A DNA stretch of 63,432 bases, counting the filler, from Octopus bimaculoides (Eukaryota), in the NCBI RefSeq assembly GCF_001194135.2. It is 8 parts of 8 records of this genome, joined end to end, with 100 filler letters (N's around TTAATTAATTAA, not from the genome) between each part and the next. Parts side by side here need not be neighbours in the genome. Positions count along the whole stretch, not along the records: positions 26,038 to 33,742 come from NC_068995.1; positions 33,843 to 36,760 come from NC_069005.1; positions 36,861 to 53,377 come from NC_068981.1; 5 more parts are not named here. One strand, written 5' to 3'. The position numbers and the translations under genes were made by a program. Below, piece by piece: positions 26,946 through 40,570 of the stretch (positions are counted from its first letter, which is position 1; each line of letters opens with the position of its first letter). The notes under the pieces are model-generated. The model saw only the letters and a list, made by a program, of their open reading frames with translations, was not told the DNA's origin and searched no databases.

Positions 26946-27243
26946 GACGCATTTGTCTGGAAGCACGTAGCCTAATGGTTAGGATATCGTAAGGCTAGGA
27001 ATATGACAGGAGACTTATGAAGATGAGATATTCATGCCTTTCTCAAAAAAAAAACATTAATGGTTTTAGGGAAGAGAACTTACGTCGATTTGAAATTGAA
27101 ACCGCGTTGCAATCGCAATGACAGTTGACGTTGCCACTTTACCATTTCATCGAATCCTATCAGCATCAGTATTTATAACTACTACAACTACTGTTGCTGC
27201 TGCTGCTACTAATATCATCACCAGTAATAATAATAATGATAAT

Positions 27244-27294
<51 letters not shown>

Positions 27295-27511
27295 AACAAC
27301 AATAATAATAATAATCCATTATGTTACTACATCTACTGGTGAACCGTTCCATGAACAACAAGCAGCTCCTACTCCTACCACTACTACTATTACTACCACC
27401 ACAACTAGTTGCAAATCGAACGTGCTGTAAACGATGACTTGCCAGAAATCATTCAAATTGATTTCATTCTCTCAAAATCTATGCCTCCATTATATATATA
27501 CATATATATAC

Positions 27512-27542
<31 letters not shown>

Positions 27543-28209
27543 NNNNNNNNNNNNNNNNNNNNNNNNNNNNNNNNNNNNNNNNNNNNNNNNNNNNNNNNNN
27601 NNNNNNNNNNNNNNNNNNNNNNNNNNNNNNNNNNNTATATCGCAAATCGCAACGCGTAATATCGTAACGATTTTAGTGAGTTTTTATCATGTAGATTTTG
27701 ACTGTTATACATTATATCATTGCAATGTATCCTTCGCTGGTTTTTCTCCCTCTTTTTACTGCAAATAATTAATAAAATGCGGCATTCGGGTTTTCTCTGC
27801 TCGAGTAACCATGCGCAAATCTGAAGCAATTACAAAAGCTGTAGCTGAAATCTCTGTTATCAACTTCCAGCCTATGTAATTCACGAGCAAAACTGGAAAG
27901 TATCTGAGAAAGCTTGCTGCTTTATAAAAAAAAAAAAAAAGGCGCAGCAATGGTCAATTCAGCCATGTTTTCTTACGTTATGCTTCTCACTATAGAAGAA
28001 GGCTTCAACTAAGAATATACTGGGCAAAATGTAAATGTGAATGTAAATTAATGCTGTAAAGAAAGACTCAAAGATTGAGTAGGTTGCCCTTTTTTTTTCT
28101 TGTTATATTTTTTTCCTTCTTTGCAAAGAGAGATTGTTCATTTCTTTTTTTTTTATGTTTCGAATGGAGTTACACTTTTTGTCTTGTTAAGCGATCATAC
28201 GGATATGCA

Positions 28210-28514
28210 AAATCACATCATCATCATCATCATCATCTCTCTTGTAGTCCTCGTCGTCGTCGTCGTCGTCGTCGTCATCATCATCAACATCATCATCGTC
28301 ATCATTATCATCGTCATCATCATCACCGCCATCATCATCATCGTCATCATCATCGTCATCATCATCATGACTGTCGTCGTCGTTGTCGCTAGCATCATCA
28401 TAATCATATGCATCGTTGACGTGGTCACCATCATAATCATAGTCATTGTTGTCATCGCTATCATGCTCCCCATTTTTCGCATCTTCCCCCTCCATTTCCT
28501 CCTCCTGCTCCGCG

Positions 28515-28576
<62 letters not shown>

Positions 28577-28700
28577 TTTATCATCATCATTATCATCTTC
28601 ATCATCATCATCCTTATCGTCAGCAGCCCTGCCACCTTCATTGTCATCGTCGTCGTCGACGGCGGAGGAGGTGCCGTCTTCGACGTCGTTGTCACCACTG
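28210..28700. repeat. Compound (CAT/CGT)n trinucleotide low-complexity tract
   Basis: Direct reading; source of the spurious poly-D, -S, -H, -I and -M ORFs. Confidence 0.9.
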
Positions 28701-28837
28701 TTGTCTGCAAACGACAACGTCTTTCCATTGCCCTACCTGCATGGGCAGCAGCCATCACTCTTCATTACTGTTTTGGAAGGGAGATCACTCATTAGGCTAC
28801 TAGGCAACCTCAGGCGTCACAGCCATTCCCATAACAT

Positions 28838-29003
28838 CGACGGGGTTTTTTTTCTTTTCAGTTTCCGTCTACCAAATCCACTCACAAGGCTTTGGTCGGC
28901 TCGTGGCTATAGTAGAAGATACTTGGCCAAGGTGCCACGCAGTGGGACTGAACACGGAACCATGAGGTTGGTTAGCAAGCTACTTACTACACAGCCACTC
29001 CTG
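28838..29003 (-). mobile_element. SINE family A, 5' module
   Basis: Same sequence family as 10094. Confidence 0.85.
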
Positions 29004-29026
29004 TCCCTATATATATATATATATGT

Positions 29027-29096
<70 letters not shown>

Positions 29097-29138
29097 ACAC
29101 TTTACTATTCCATCAGAAAAATTGCATTTCGTATTTGA

Positions 29139-29219
29139 AGCTCTGATGAAACTCCGAGCTGTTACTCAGGCACTCAACTGTGAGACAACCAAATCTTATT
29201 GTGGAAACAGCTGCAAGCT
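29139..29219 (+). ncRNA. Decayed hammerhead ribozyme motif with long stem II
   Basis: AGCT-CTGATGA(29143)-54 nt-GAAACAGCTG(29204)-CA-AGCT; same palindromic stem III as 5876, but U16.1 is replaced by C. Confidence 0.45.
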
Positions 29220-30108
29220 ATTGAAGTTAATCGTTTATTAATATTTTTATAAGCTTAAAGCTTATAAATGATTACTGTATAATTGGCTAAAGGAAGTAAT
29301 CTGATATTTGGGCATATAAACCCTCGGCAGAAGAAAGTGGGTTTTCGTACCCGTAAGACTCGAACCTACACTTCTGTGCTAAGCAAGCTAGTCGTGAAAA
29401 CACAGAGGTGTGGTTTCGAGTTCTCCGCGTATGGAAAACCCTTTTTTTCTATCGAGGGCCTATATAGCCAAATATTAAATTACTTTCTTTCGTCAATACA
29501 CGGTGGTCGCTTATAAAGTTTAAGCATATACAAATTAAAATAATAATGATGATGATGATGATAATAATAATAATAATAATAATAATATATTATTATTATC
29601 ATTATCATTATTATTATTATTAGTATTACTATCATCATCATCATTATTATTATTATTATTACATGTAAGTGTCTAATCAAGGATTCGAATTGAAATAGAG
29701 CTTATTATGTTATTATATTATGTGAAAGTCATTATGTAATCCCCCACCCATCACAGCTAAAAGATAATGATCAAACCTCGTGTTGGACAAACAAATCCAA
29801 GGTTATCCATAGAATATAATTACAACGTCTGTTTGCATATCATACGCTCGGTGTTTTTTTGTTTTCTTACTTTCTCTCTGTCATAGTTTTCTTTTACTAA
29901 ACGCATATGGTCTGTATTTATTAAGGCCAAAGCATTGAATGAAATCGCCACCGTGCTAAGCGACGGTGGTTTCTGTCAAATGGGCAATTGTTCACGGAAA
30001 CCACTGTGATGTTGCGATAGTTTAGAAGATTAGTTCTTGTCCTTCCTACAAAGATTGTTGTTGAATCGGAGACATATAGCTGTCTACTAACATATGTGTG
30101 CACTTTAT

Positions 30109-30139
<31 letters not shown>

Positions 30140-30154
30140 GATATACATGTAGTT

Positions 30155-30313
30155 GCAGGCGTGGCTGTTGGATTAGAAGTTTGCTTCCAAACCACATTGT
30201 TCCGAGTTTAGTCCCACTGCGTCGTAACTGGGGCAAGTGCTTTCTTTGCCACGGGCCAACCCAAAGCCTTATGAAAGGATTTCGTAAACGGAAACCGAAA
30301 GGAACATGTCGCG
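30155..30313 (+). mobile_element. SINE family A, 5' module, diverged
   Basis: GCAGGCGTGGCTG...GTCCCACTGCG...GGGCAAGTG...CAAAGCCTT. Confidence 0.75.
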
Positions 30314-30372
30314 AATGTGTGTGTGTGTGCACTCGTGCGTGTATGTGTATGTGTATATATCTGCGCACGGGC

Positions 30373-30418
<46 letters not shown>

Positions 30419-31318
30419 CTGTGAAACTTAATTTAATTCTAATTTTTAATAAATTGATTTTAATTGAGTTTTTACCTGTAAATTTGGATTTTATCTCTGG
30501 AGTGCTCAGCCACTTGCACGTTAATTTCACGAGCAGGCTGTTCCGTTGATCGGATCAACTGGAACCCTCGACGTCGTAAGCGACGGAGTGCCAACAACAT
30601 CAGTTGTATATCTACTCTCTCAATCGAATTTCACTACTTTTCTTTCAAAATAACGAAAATCTATTTAAAGAACATATTTAAACAACAGAATAACGAAGAT
30701 CTATTGAAACAGCATCTATTTAAACAACATGGTCACTAGGTGGATTGAATCTGCAATTCAATGAGCAATATTTGTCTCACACAATGACTCGAGGATTCCT
30801 CCTGAGCATTAAGTTAAGCGTAAACGTGTCTAAAGGACACTCAGCGAATAGATAGTCCGGCTTTTCAAAAAACGAGATCACTCTTCTGCGAAACTGACGG
30901 AGATCCACCCGTTATATTTATTTATATTTTTTTACATCGGTGGACGAAATAAAGCGTTGTTAAATACGCTATAAAATATTATCCATAAACCATATATATA
31001 CTTTATCATTAAACTTTCACTAGTTTTTTCTTAGAAAATAAGGAAGATCTAATTTTAACAACATATATTCTATAAAATAAACAAACATATTTTCTGTGGT
31101 CAATACTAAAAAAAATACCAAAAAAATGAAGAAACAGGCATATGTCAGGCAGTAAAAATAGATTGGAATTTTATCGTTGACTAAAACTGTTTAGATAGGA
31201 AATAAACTCGCTAAAATTAGCGAATTCCCGAGGACAAAAACATACATTTTCACCAAATCTGAAATATCGCTTCAAACCCAAGGGAAAGCGAGTTAAAATA
31301 GAATAGAAAGTTCTATAC

Positions 31319-31371
<53 letters not shown>

Positions 31372-33256
31372 CATTTCTCTCTCTCTCTATTTTTCTCTCC
31401 CTCTCTTTTCTCTGTCTCTTTCTGTTTATCTCTATTTCTTTCTTTCATTGTCTCGCTCTCTTTATCTCTTCCTCTCCCTCCCTCTCTCTCTCTTTATTAC
31501 TTTAGTTCTCTCTCTCCCTCTCTCGTTCTCTCTCTTTCAGCAATTGTTTCTTTCAATTCCGGTTTCCTTATCTCCATACTGCTTCTCTCTTCCTACCATC
31601 TCGCTCTTCCAGGATCTTCGAAAATAGCATCGAGAAACCAAGCATATCGAAGAAGCTAGGGAAATTTTTCGTTGAAAGGATTGCAAAGAGCTCTCACTCT
31701 CTCTGTTAACTCTCTTTCTCTCCTCTCACATTCTCAATCTCTCTACTTCTCCGCCACCCGTCTCACTCACTCTTTCTCTCTCTCTACTTTTGAAAAAGCG
31801 ATCGATCGTGATTTCGCAACATATTCTATCACTGTGTGTATTCATGTTCCATTTTCAAGGTGCCAGCAATGACCATAGCAAAAATTTCCAATAACCGGCT
31901 CTTAGAAACGCTGCATTGACTGCTAGATTTGACCAGATAACAACAAACCCGAACAGAAGAGAAGAGAAACAAACTGCCATTTTAATTATCCTCGCAGCAA
32001 TCTCAATTCTCCACTCATTCCTTCGATCCTTCGTTCCCTCATTTATACATATGCATACATGTATATATATATTTATATATATATATATACATATATATNN
32101 NNNNNNNNNNNNNNNNNNNNNNNNNNNNNNNNNNNNNNNNNNNNNNNNNNNNNNNNNNNNNNNNNNNNNNNNNNNNNNNNNNNNNNNNNNNNNNNNNNNN
32201 NNNNNNNNNNNNNNNNNNNNNNNNNNNNNNNNNNNNNNNNNNNNNNNNNNNNNNNNNNNNNNNNNNNNNNNNNNNNNNNNNNNNNNNNNNNNNNNNNNNN
32301 NNNNNNNNNNNNNNNNNNNNNNNNNNNNNNNNNNNNNNNNNNNNNNNNNNNNNNNNNNNNNNNNNNNNNNNNNNNNNNNNNNNNNNNNNNNNNNNNNNNN
32401 NNNNNNNNNNNNNNNNNNNNNNNNNNNNNNNNNNNNNNNNNNNNNNNNNNNNNNNNNNNNNNNNNNNNNNNNNNNNNNNNNNNNNNNNNNNNNNNNNNNN
32501 NNNNNNNNNNNNNNNNNNNNNNNNNNNNNNNNNNNNNNNNNNNNNNNNNNNNNNNNNNNNNNNNNNNNNNNNNNNNNNNNNNNNNNNNNNNNNNNNNNNN
32601 NNNNNNNNNNNNNNNNNNNNNNNNNNNNNNNNNNNNNNNNNNNNNNNNNNNNNNNNNNNNNNNNNNNNNNNNNNNNNNNNNNNNNNNNNNNNNNNNNNNN
32701 NNNNNNNNNNNNNNNNNNNNNNNNNNNNNNNNNNNNNNNNNNNNNNNNNNNNNNNNNNNNNNNNNNNNNNNNNNNNNNNNNNNNNNNNNNNNNNNNNNNN
32801 NNNNNNNNNNNNNNNNNNNNNNNNNNNNNNNNNNNNNNNNNNNNNNNNNNNNNNNNNNNNNNNNNNNNNNNNNNNNNNNNNNNNNNNNNNNNNNNNNNNN
32901 NNNNNNATATATATATATATATATATATATATAGTTTTATGTGTGCATGTACGCTATAATAGGGAGCAACTCTGAGGAGCTTCAACAATCATCAAACACT
33001 GCTTGATTGATTTCACTAAAAGAATCATGAACAGAAAAGACATGAACATGACTTAGTTAAAGCTCTATATATCTCTTTTGTCTGCATCACAACCCAGATT
33101 GCAGATAGATAGAATGATAGATAGACAAACAGACAGTCAGAGAAAGAAACACATAAACACAAAAAGGGAAGGACAGAAAAATGAGGAGTTATAAATAGAT
33201 TGATAGACAGACAGACAGGCAAGCAGGCAGGCACACAGACGGACAAAGGAACAGAC

Positions 33257-33320
<64 letters not shown>

Positions 33321-33933
33321 TTCACTGAGTTATCCAACATTACAATAATGTTTGCATGATTACAAAGGTACATGGCTATCAGAAGCTATTACAATGAGAT
33401 GCCTCGTTTTGCTGTGAGTGCTTGTATATATGTGTGAGTATATATGTATATATGTTTGTGTGTGCATGCTTGTGATAATTATGCATCTAATAATTATACA
33501 TAAACATGTAGCTATAAGTGTATGTATGTGTGTGTATGTGTGAGTATGGGCACGCACCAACGTTTATAATGCTATGAAGACTAACTGAATCAAATACAAA
33601 TGATGGTATATATTTTACTACGTATTTTCACACAAACGCATACGTACATAACATATATACAGATATACATATACATATACACATGTGTGTATACATATAT
33701 GTACCTTCGTACATGTATGTATATATATATATATATATATATNNNNNNNNNNNNNNNNNNNNNNNNNNNNNNNNNNNNNNNNNNNNTTAATTAATTAANN
33801 NNNNNNNNNNNNNNNNNNNNNNNNNNNNNNNNNNNNNNNNNNTAATGAAATGTCAATAATTCGTTTTAATGACAGTTTAACATTCTTTGGTGATGAAAAT
33901 ATTCTATAGCTGTTTTAATTAAAGACCGGCATC

Positions 33934-33980
<47 letters not shown>

Positions 33981-35761
33981 ATGTAGCTGTGTGTGTGTGT
34001 GTGCATGCGTGCGTGCACGGATGCTGCGCGTGCGTGCACGGACGCATGCACATACACACACACACAAACACGTACATATATATATGCATATACATACATA
34101 CATACATATATGTGTTCATATTGTGGCATTCCGTCGGTTACGACGATGAGTGTTCCAGCTGATACAATCGGCCTACTCATGAAATTAACGTACAAGTGGC
34201 CGAGTACTCCACGGACATACATACTCTAGACGCAGGTCTTAGGGAGACTGGTCATGACACAACATTTGACAAAGCCGACCCTTTGAATTACAAGTGCTCG
34301 TTTTTGCCAGTTGAGTGGATTGTAGTAACGTGAAATAAAGTGCCTTGTTCAAGGAAGCAATGGGCCGCGGTGAGTCAGATTTTACGATCGTAAACCGAAT
34401 GCCCTAACCACAAAGCCACGCATCTTTACATATGTGTGCGTGTATACGCTTGGTGGGATTAGAGTGGGAGGAGGAGAAGGTAACTTTCCAAATTAGGTTG
34501 GTAGGGATATACAATCCTAGCGGATACCGTATTCACTTCTACTGGTTAATAATGATGGCTAACCTCCGTGAGTGTAGGAAAACTCCAGTTAGATTATTTT
34601 ACTATCCTTATATCTTCACATCGGTAAATCCATATGTCTTGTAGAGACTGCATGTTGTCTGTAGAGAAGAAATAATATATCCAGTTTTATTCTACACTCA
34701 ATCACGTCTTTCCAGAAATGGAAACCTCTGTTTTCCTTATCATTAATTTATATATNNNNNNNNNNNNNNNNNNNNNNNNNNNNNNNNNNNNNNNNNNNNN
34801 NNNNNNNNNNNNNNNNNNNNNNNNNNNNNNNNNNNNNNNNNNNNNNNNNNNNNNNNNNNNNNNNNNNNNNNNNNNNNNNNNNNNNNNNNNNNNNNNNNNN
34901 NNNNNNNNNNNNNNNNNNNNNNNNNNNNNNNNNNNNNNNNNNNNNNNNNNNNNNNNNNNNNNNNNNNNNNNNNNNNNNNNNNNNNNNNNNNNNNNNNNNN
35001 NNNNNNNNNNNNNNNNNNNNNNNNNNNNNNNNNNNNNNNNNNNNNNNNNNNNNNNNNNNNNNNNNNNNNNNNNNNNNNNNNNNNNNNNNNNNNNNNNNNN
35101 NNNNNNNNNNNNNNNNNNNNNNNNNNNNNNNNNNNNNNNNNNNNNNNNNNNNNNNNNNNNNNNNNNNNNNNNNNNNNNNNNNNNNNNNNNNNNNNNNNNN
35201 NNNNNNNNNNNNNNNNNNNNNNNNNNNNNNNNNNNNNNNNNNNNNNNNNNNNNNNNNNNNNNNNNNNNNNNNNNNNNNNNNNNNNNNNNNNNNNNNNNNN
35301 NNNNNNNNNNNNNNNNNNNNNNNNNNNNNNNNNNNNNNNNNNNNNNNNNNNNNNNNNNNNNNNNNNNNNNNNNNNNNNNNNNNNNNNNNNNNNNNNNNNN
35401 NNNNNNNNNNNNNNNNNNNNNNNNNNNNNNNNNNNNNNNNNNNNNNNNNNNNNNNNNNNNNNNNNNNNNNNNNNNNNNNNNNNNNNNNNNNNNNNNNNNN
35501 NNNNNNNNNNNNNNNNNNNNNNNNNNNNNNNNNNNNNNNNNNNNNNNNNNNNNNNNNNNNNNNNNNNNNNNNNNNNNNNNNNNNNNNNNNNNNNNNCACA
35601 CCTACTTCCTCCCACCCACCTCTCCTCTCTTGCTCCGACTCCTACTTCTCTTCATTCTCTTCTCTTCTCTTCACTCCTACCCACCTTCTACCTTCCCCTT
35701 CTCCCTTCATCGTCACCCCTACACAATCCAACCCCACCTTCCCTATCCATCCCATCCACCA

Positions 35762-36590
35762 AACCGAGGAGTGGAGTTCTGCGAGTGGTACTTGGCAATA
35801 CATTGAAGATGTGTTGATGTACACTTTCCAACAAAGATTGCTTAGAATGATGAGGCTTAAAAGGGTAAAGAGACCCCTTTCGGTCATGAATGACCTAGAA
35901 AGTTTCTCTTCGAGGCACAAGTCTGGGCAAGGTAGTTTATGGAAGACCAGCAGTTGCCCATGCATACCAACTTCCTCTCTTCACGCTACTGATGTTATCT
36001 AAGGGAAAGGCAAAGGCTGCTGCAACTTGGTAACATTGAAATAATGTCTTGCTCAAAAACAACACACAACCCGATCCAGGAATCGAACTCATTACCTCAT
36101 GTTTGTGAATCCGACGCTCAAGAAAATGGCTCAATCAACTGCCACAGTTGCACCTATAGGGAGCATGAGAATCTGCATATTACAGAGGGATATCATGTTA
36201 ATTTACCCGGCATCGCAGTATGGTGTAGCTTATCATCAAACGGATTAATTGGACGGTTTTCGTTTTTGGTGACGTTTCTAGGACTGATCCCATTTACTTG
36301 AACTTGCTGTGATAATGTGTAACGCCAAGTATTTCCAGCAAGGTGGAACACCCACTAGACTAATATAGTAATGTAAGGGTCTACTTGGTGTACATTTGTA
36401 CGGTGGATACATTAAAGACAGAGTTGGTGGTACAAAAGCAGCAAGAGTCAACGAATTGAGAGCAGCCACTGAACGAGAATGGACACACATATAGAAGGAA
36501 ATGTTTCTTGAAGTCTTCAATTCCATTGCTTTGCGTTGCCAGTAGTGCATGGACCAAAACGGTCATCAGTTTGAAAACAGGCGTTCATAA
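35762..36590 (+). mobile_element. Degenerate, internally deleted copy of the rosa/DD41D-like family seen at 16050-17497, with nested insertions
   Basis: [46 protein letters not shown] and NGHQFEN; the same motifs as the 16 kb copy. Confidence 0.8.
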
Positions 36591-36698
36591 AAAAAAATTA
36601 ATTGTGTCTGTAGTAGATTCCATAACACTTTGAAAGTCAAATGTGTTTTAATAAACTCTGACTTTATAATCATTCAATGCGCGTACGCACGTACGCAC

Positions 36699-36760
<62 letters not shown>

Positions 36761-36860
36761 NNNNNNNNNNNNNNNNNNNNNNNNNNNNNNNNNNNNNNNN
36801 NNNNTTAATTAATTAANNNNNNNNNNNNNNNNNNNNNNNNNNNNNNNNNNNNNNNNNNNN

Positions 36861-36956
<96 letters not shown>

Positions 36957-36957
<1 letters not shown>

Positions 36958-37160
36958 TGAGGCGGTGAGCTGGCAGAGTCGTTAACGCGCTGGACGAAAT
37001 GCCAAGTGGTATTTCGCCCGTCGCTACGTTCTGAGTTCAAATTCCCCCGTGGTCGACTTTATCTCTCAGGGTCGATAAATTAAGTACCAGTGAAACGCTG
37101 GGGTCTATGCAATCGACTTAATCCCATCCCCCAAGCTGCCCTTGTGGTAAAAATTTGAAA
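36957..37160 (+). mobile_element. SINE family B
   Basis: GAGGCGGTGAGCTGGCAGAG...GAGTTCAAATTCC...(TAT)n tail. Confidence 0.85.
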
Positions 37161-38433
37161 TCATTATTATTATTATTTTGTTACTTGTCATACTTTCGAG
37201 GTCAATAAAATCAGTACCAGTTGAGTACTGGTGCCGATGCAATCGCCTAGCTCAAATTTTTAGGTCTTCTGCTTCTAGTAGAAAGATTTATTGCTCTAAC
37301 TTTCTGTTTGCTAAGCGTGGTGAAGTGGAAGAGTTGCTAGTGGGTCGGAGAATTGCCAAGCAGCATTCGTTTTGGCTCTTTATGTTCCGAGTTCAAATTC
37401 TGCCTATAATATAAAGCACCAGTCAAGTACTAGGGTCGATAGTATCGACTAATGCCCTCCCATCAATTTTCAAGCCTTGTACTTCGTGTTTTTATTTCAG
37501 CTATTTTAAATATTCCTGAAGTCATCCAGTGAACAATGTGTTTGGGAATCTGGGGATGTTAGTAGTGAGAATAGTAAAAACTTTTGAGAGATTGAAAATA
37601 GTGTTAGTTCTATTCACAGGAAAATTTTGATAGGAGTTGTTATGAGAAATCTTGCGCTGTAAACCGATCATCACTCTACCATTTTTGGTAACTCCCTGCC
37701 GTATAATTAACGTAATAATGATTTATGTACACTAAGACATATTGAACTAAGGAAAGTACGAATCGATTGGATCGATTATAGTAATATTAAAATAATAAAT
37801 GGATGAATATTAACTCGGTGCATTTGTGCAATAAATACAGTGAATTGCTTGACCTTTTATGATCGGTATTATGTATCAATTGTTGGACTGCCTGATTGAG
37901 CTTTCGTTTTGTTTTTCACAGCAAATTCGCTCGACATAGCTGTGTGGTAAAGAAATTCGTTCTTTTCGCAATTACATTGTTGTAGGTTTGATCTTATTAT
38001 GCAGTATCACGGTCGATCAAAGCCTTGCAAGTGAATTTTCGTTGATAAACTGTATGGAAGCCAGTCGTGGAGATCGTTCCTGTTCTTAATAGTAGGCTAA
38101 ATCTGTCGCTTGGTTTAGCATATTATATAGTTCTTGGGTGCCCTTAACGAAGTACACTTTGTGACACTATTCGGATCATGTCACAGGATTGAGGATAAAT
38201 TCTTCCTTTACTTCCACCAATGCCGGGACTCCGGAAAAGTGTCATGGTTGCTACCTTTCTTCTTATGATTAATATACAATACATCTAGCCGTCACTCATA
38301 TACGAGCATGACTTGATAGTATGTCCTATGACTTCACTAACAGTTGTGGGTACTCATGTAGTTCCAAAAGGACAGATATACCACCTAGGTTCTCTCACCT
38401 TTAACGCAATAGTACATCGAAGATGCGATAGCT

Positions 38434-38540
<107 letters not shown>

Positions 38541-39798
38541 CCAGAACTCAACTAGTACAAATTACAAAAAAGCAGACAAGATCAACGAAAACTGACGTCT
38601 TGCTGAAGGACACAAAGCACTGCCCTGTCCGAGAAATAACACCACGATCATAAGCCGACAACCCTAATCGCAAGGCCACGCACCTTTACTTCTTCTGACT
38701 AAGCCACGAAAAAGAAAAGTTAAGGACATAGTCCAGAAATAAAACGATCGCTGTTTAAACTTACAATCTCTACCAATGATTCTATTCACTTTACCTCTAC
38801 TTTCATAAAATTATTTGTATTTATTACAAAAGACGAAGTTTGCCCCATTGAGGTTACAACTCATAAAATAGAAAGAACGGAACAATATACACTGAAGTAT
38901 TTATTTTGGTGCTTTATTGTGTCTTCCAATCTACTTGGGATCAAACGATATTTCGTTGAGGAGGCCTAATAAGACCAAAACGTGTCCAATATGCCAACGC
39001 ACTTCTAAAGACTAGACTCACTCCACTCTACATTCTGTAGTTAATTCATTTTAATTAATTAAAATCTCAGGTGTACTTCCCGCGTACCTTTCTGAAACAA
39101 ATCCTATCAGTCAATTAGATGATGATGAATCTTATCATTGAAGTTATAATATAGACTAAAATGGTAATTTAATTAACTAAAATTTCAAGAACGCTTGTAC
39201 TCACTTTGCTGTCAAGTTTTTATACAACAGATGATACTGAGTATTTTTCCAAGTTATTCAGCTGTGTAATATGAAAAAAGTTATGAACGTTCGAAGTGAG
39301 AACTGAAAACGAGTCACAGATTTGACACATCAGCTATTCATCTCTCGTTATAGAAAACGAACGAGAGTCTCCATATGATTACTAGAAGTAGCAGCCAAAT
39401 CAACATCAACTCATACCTTAGCATCTTAAAATAATGAAAGATAGGTTGAATGATGTAGTTTGGGGAACAGTATGGCTAGTAAAAAAGAAGAAAATAAAAG
39501 ATTAGGATGAACACGAATTTAATGCTTTTGATCATGGATCAATTCAAGCAGGGCTCACTTGTGACTAAACAACAGCAATAATAACTAGCATTTATTATAT
39601 AATAAAGGCACCTCTACGTGGTTGTTCGACATGGGAGAAACAACAGCCAAATCTATCTCAGATCACATCTTCGACGTCTTAAATAAGTGAAGGACACGTT
39701 AGGTAGTGCAATCGAAAAACCCAAAAGAGACGATGAAACCATTTTGATAATAGATCTGCAGCACCAGAACTGATTTGGAGTCAAACAACAAACAACAC

Positions 39799-40130
39799 AA
39801 AGCTTTCTTATTGTAAACTCCACTGGATCAGAGCTGAACTCGACTTAAACAATTATCAACATAAAGCTTTCTCGTTGTAAACTTCACCGGATCAGAGATG
39901 AGTTGGGGTTAAACATCAAGCAACATAAAATCTTATTATTGTAAACAACACTGAATTAGAGCTGACCTGTAGTTGAATAACAACCAAGTCAAGGTGTTTT
40001 TATTGTAAAATCCACTGGATCAGAGCTAAACTAGGGTTGAACGGCAAACAATATAAAACTTTCTTATAGAAAAAATCTTCAAGGTCGGAGCTGAGCTAGC
40101 GTTAAGCAATAACCAACATACAACTTTCTG
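39799..40130 (+). repeat. 64-bp minisatellite, five diverged units plus a partial unit
   Basis: TTGTAAA at 39811, 39875, 39939 and 40003, with a variant at 40067, giving an exact 64-bp period. Confidence 0.9.
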
Positions 40131-40132
40131 CA

Positions 40133-40570
40133 AGGTGGTAAGCTGACAGATTCGTTAGCAAGCCGGACAAAATGCTTAGCAGCATTTCGTCCGTCTTTTC
40201 GCTCTTAGTTCAGGCTCCGCCGAGGTCGACTTTTCCTTTCATCTTCTCGGGGTCAATAAAATAAGCACCGGTTGATCACTGAGGTCGATGTTATCGACTT
40301 ACCCTTTCCCCGAAATTGCTAGCATTGTACCGAAATTGCTAGCCTTGAAATCAATACATAGCTTTCTGGCGAGCTGGCAAAATTTTTAGCACGCCGAGCA
40401 AAATGCTTAGCGGCATTTTTCCCGTCATAACGTCCTGAGTTCAAAGTCCTGAGACTTTGCCTTTAATCGTTTCCGAGTCGATAAAATAAGAACTAGTTCA
40501 ACACTGGGGTCGATGTAATCGGCTTAACCCTCCTCCGAAATTGTTGTCTTTGTGTCTAAGTTTGAAATCA
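40133..40570 (+). mobile_element. Two tandem SINE family B copies
   Basis: Heads at about 40133 and 40367. Confidence 0.8.

Noticed and set aside
28100-29138. Long poly-D, poly-S, poly-I and poly-M ORFs
   Set aside because: Products of (CAT)n and related trinucleotide repeats open in several frames; no splice or domain support.
39799-40130. Possible CRISPR-like repeat-spacer array
   Set aside because: Eukaryotic context, whole units are homologous with no unique spacers, and there are no cas genes.
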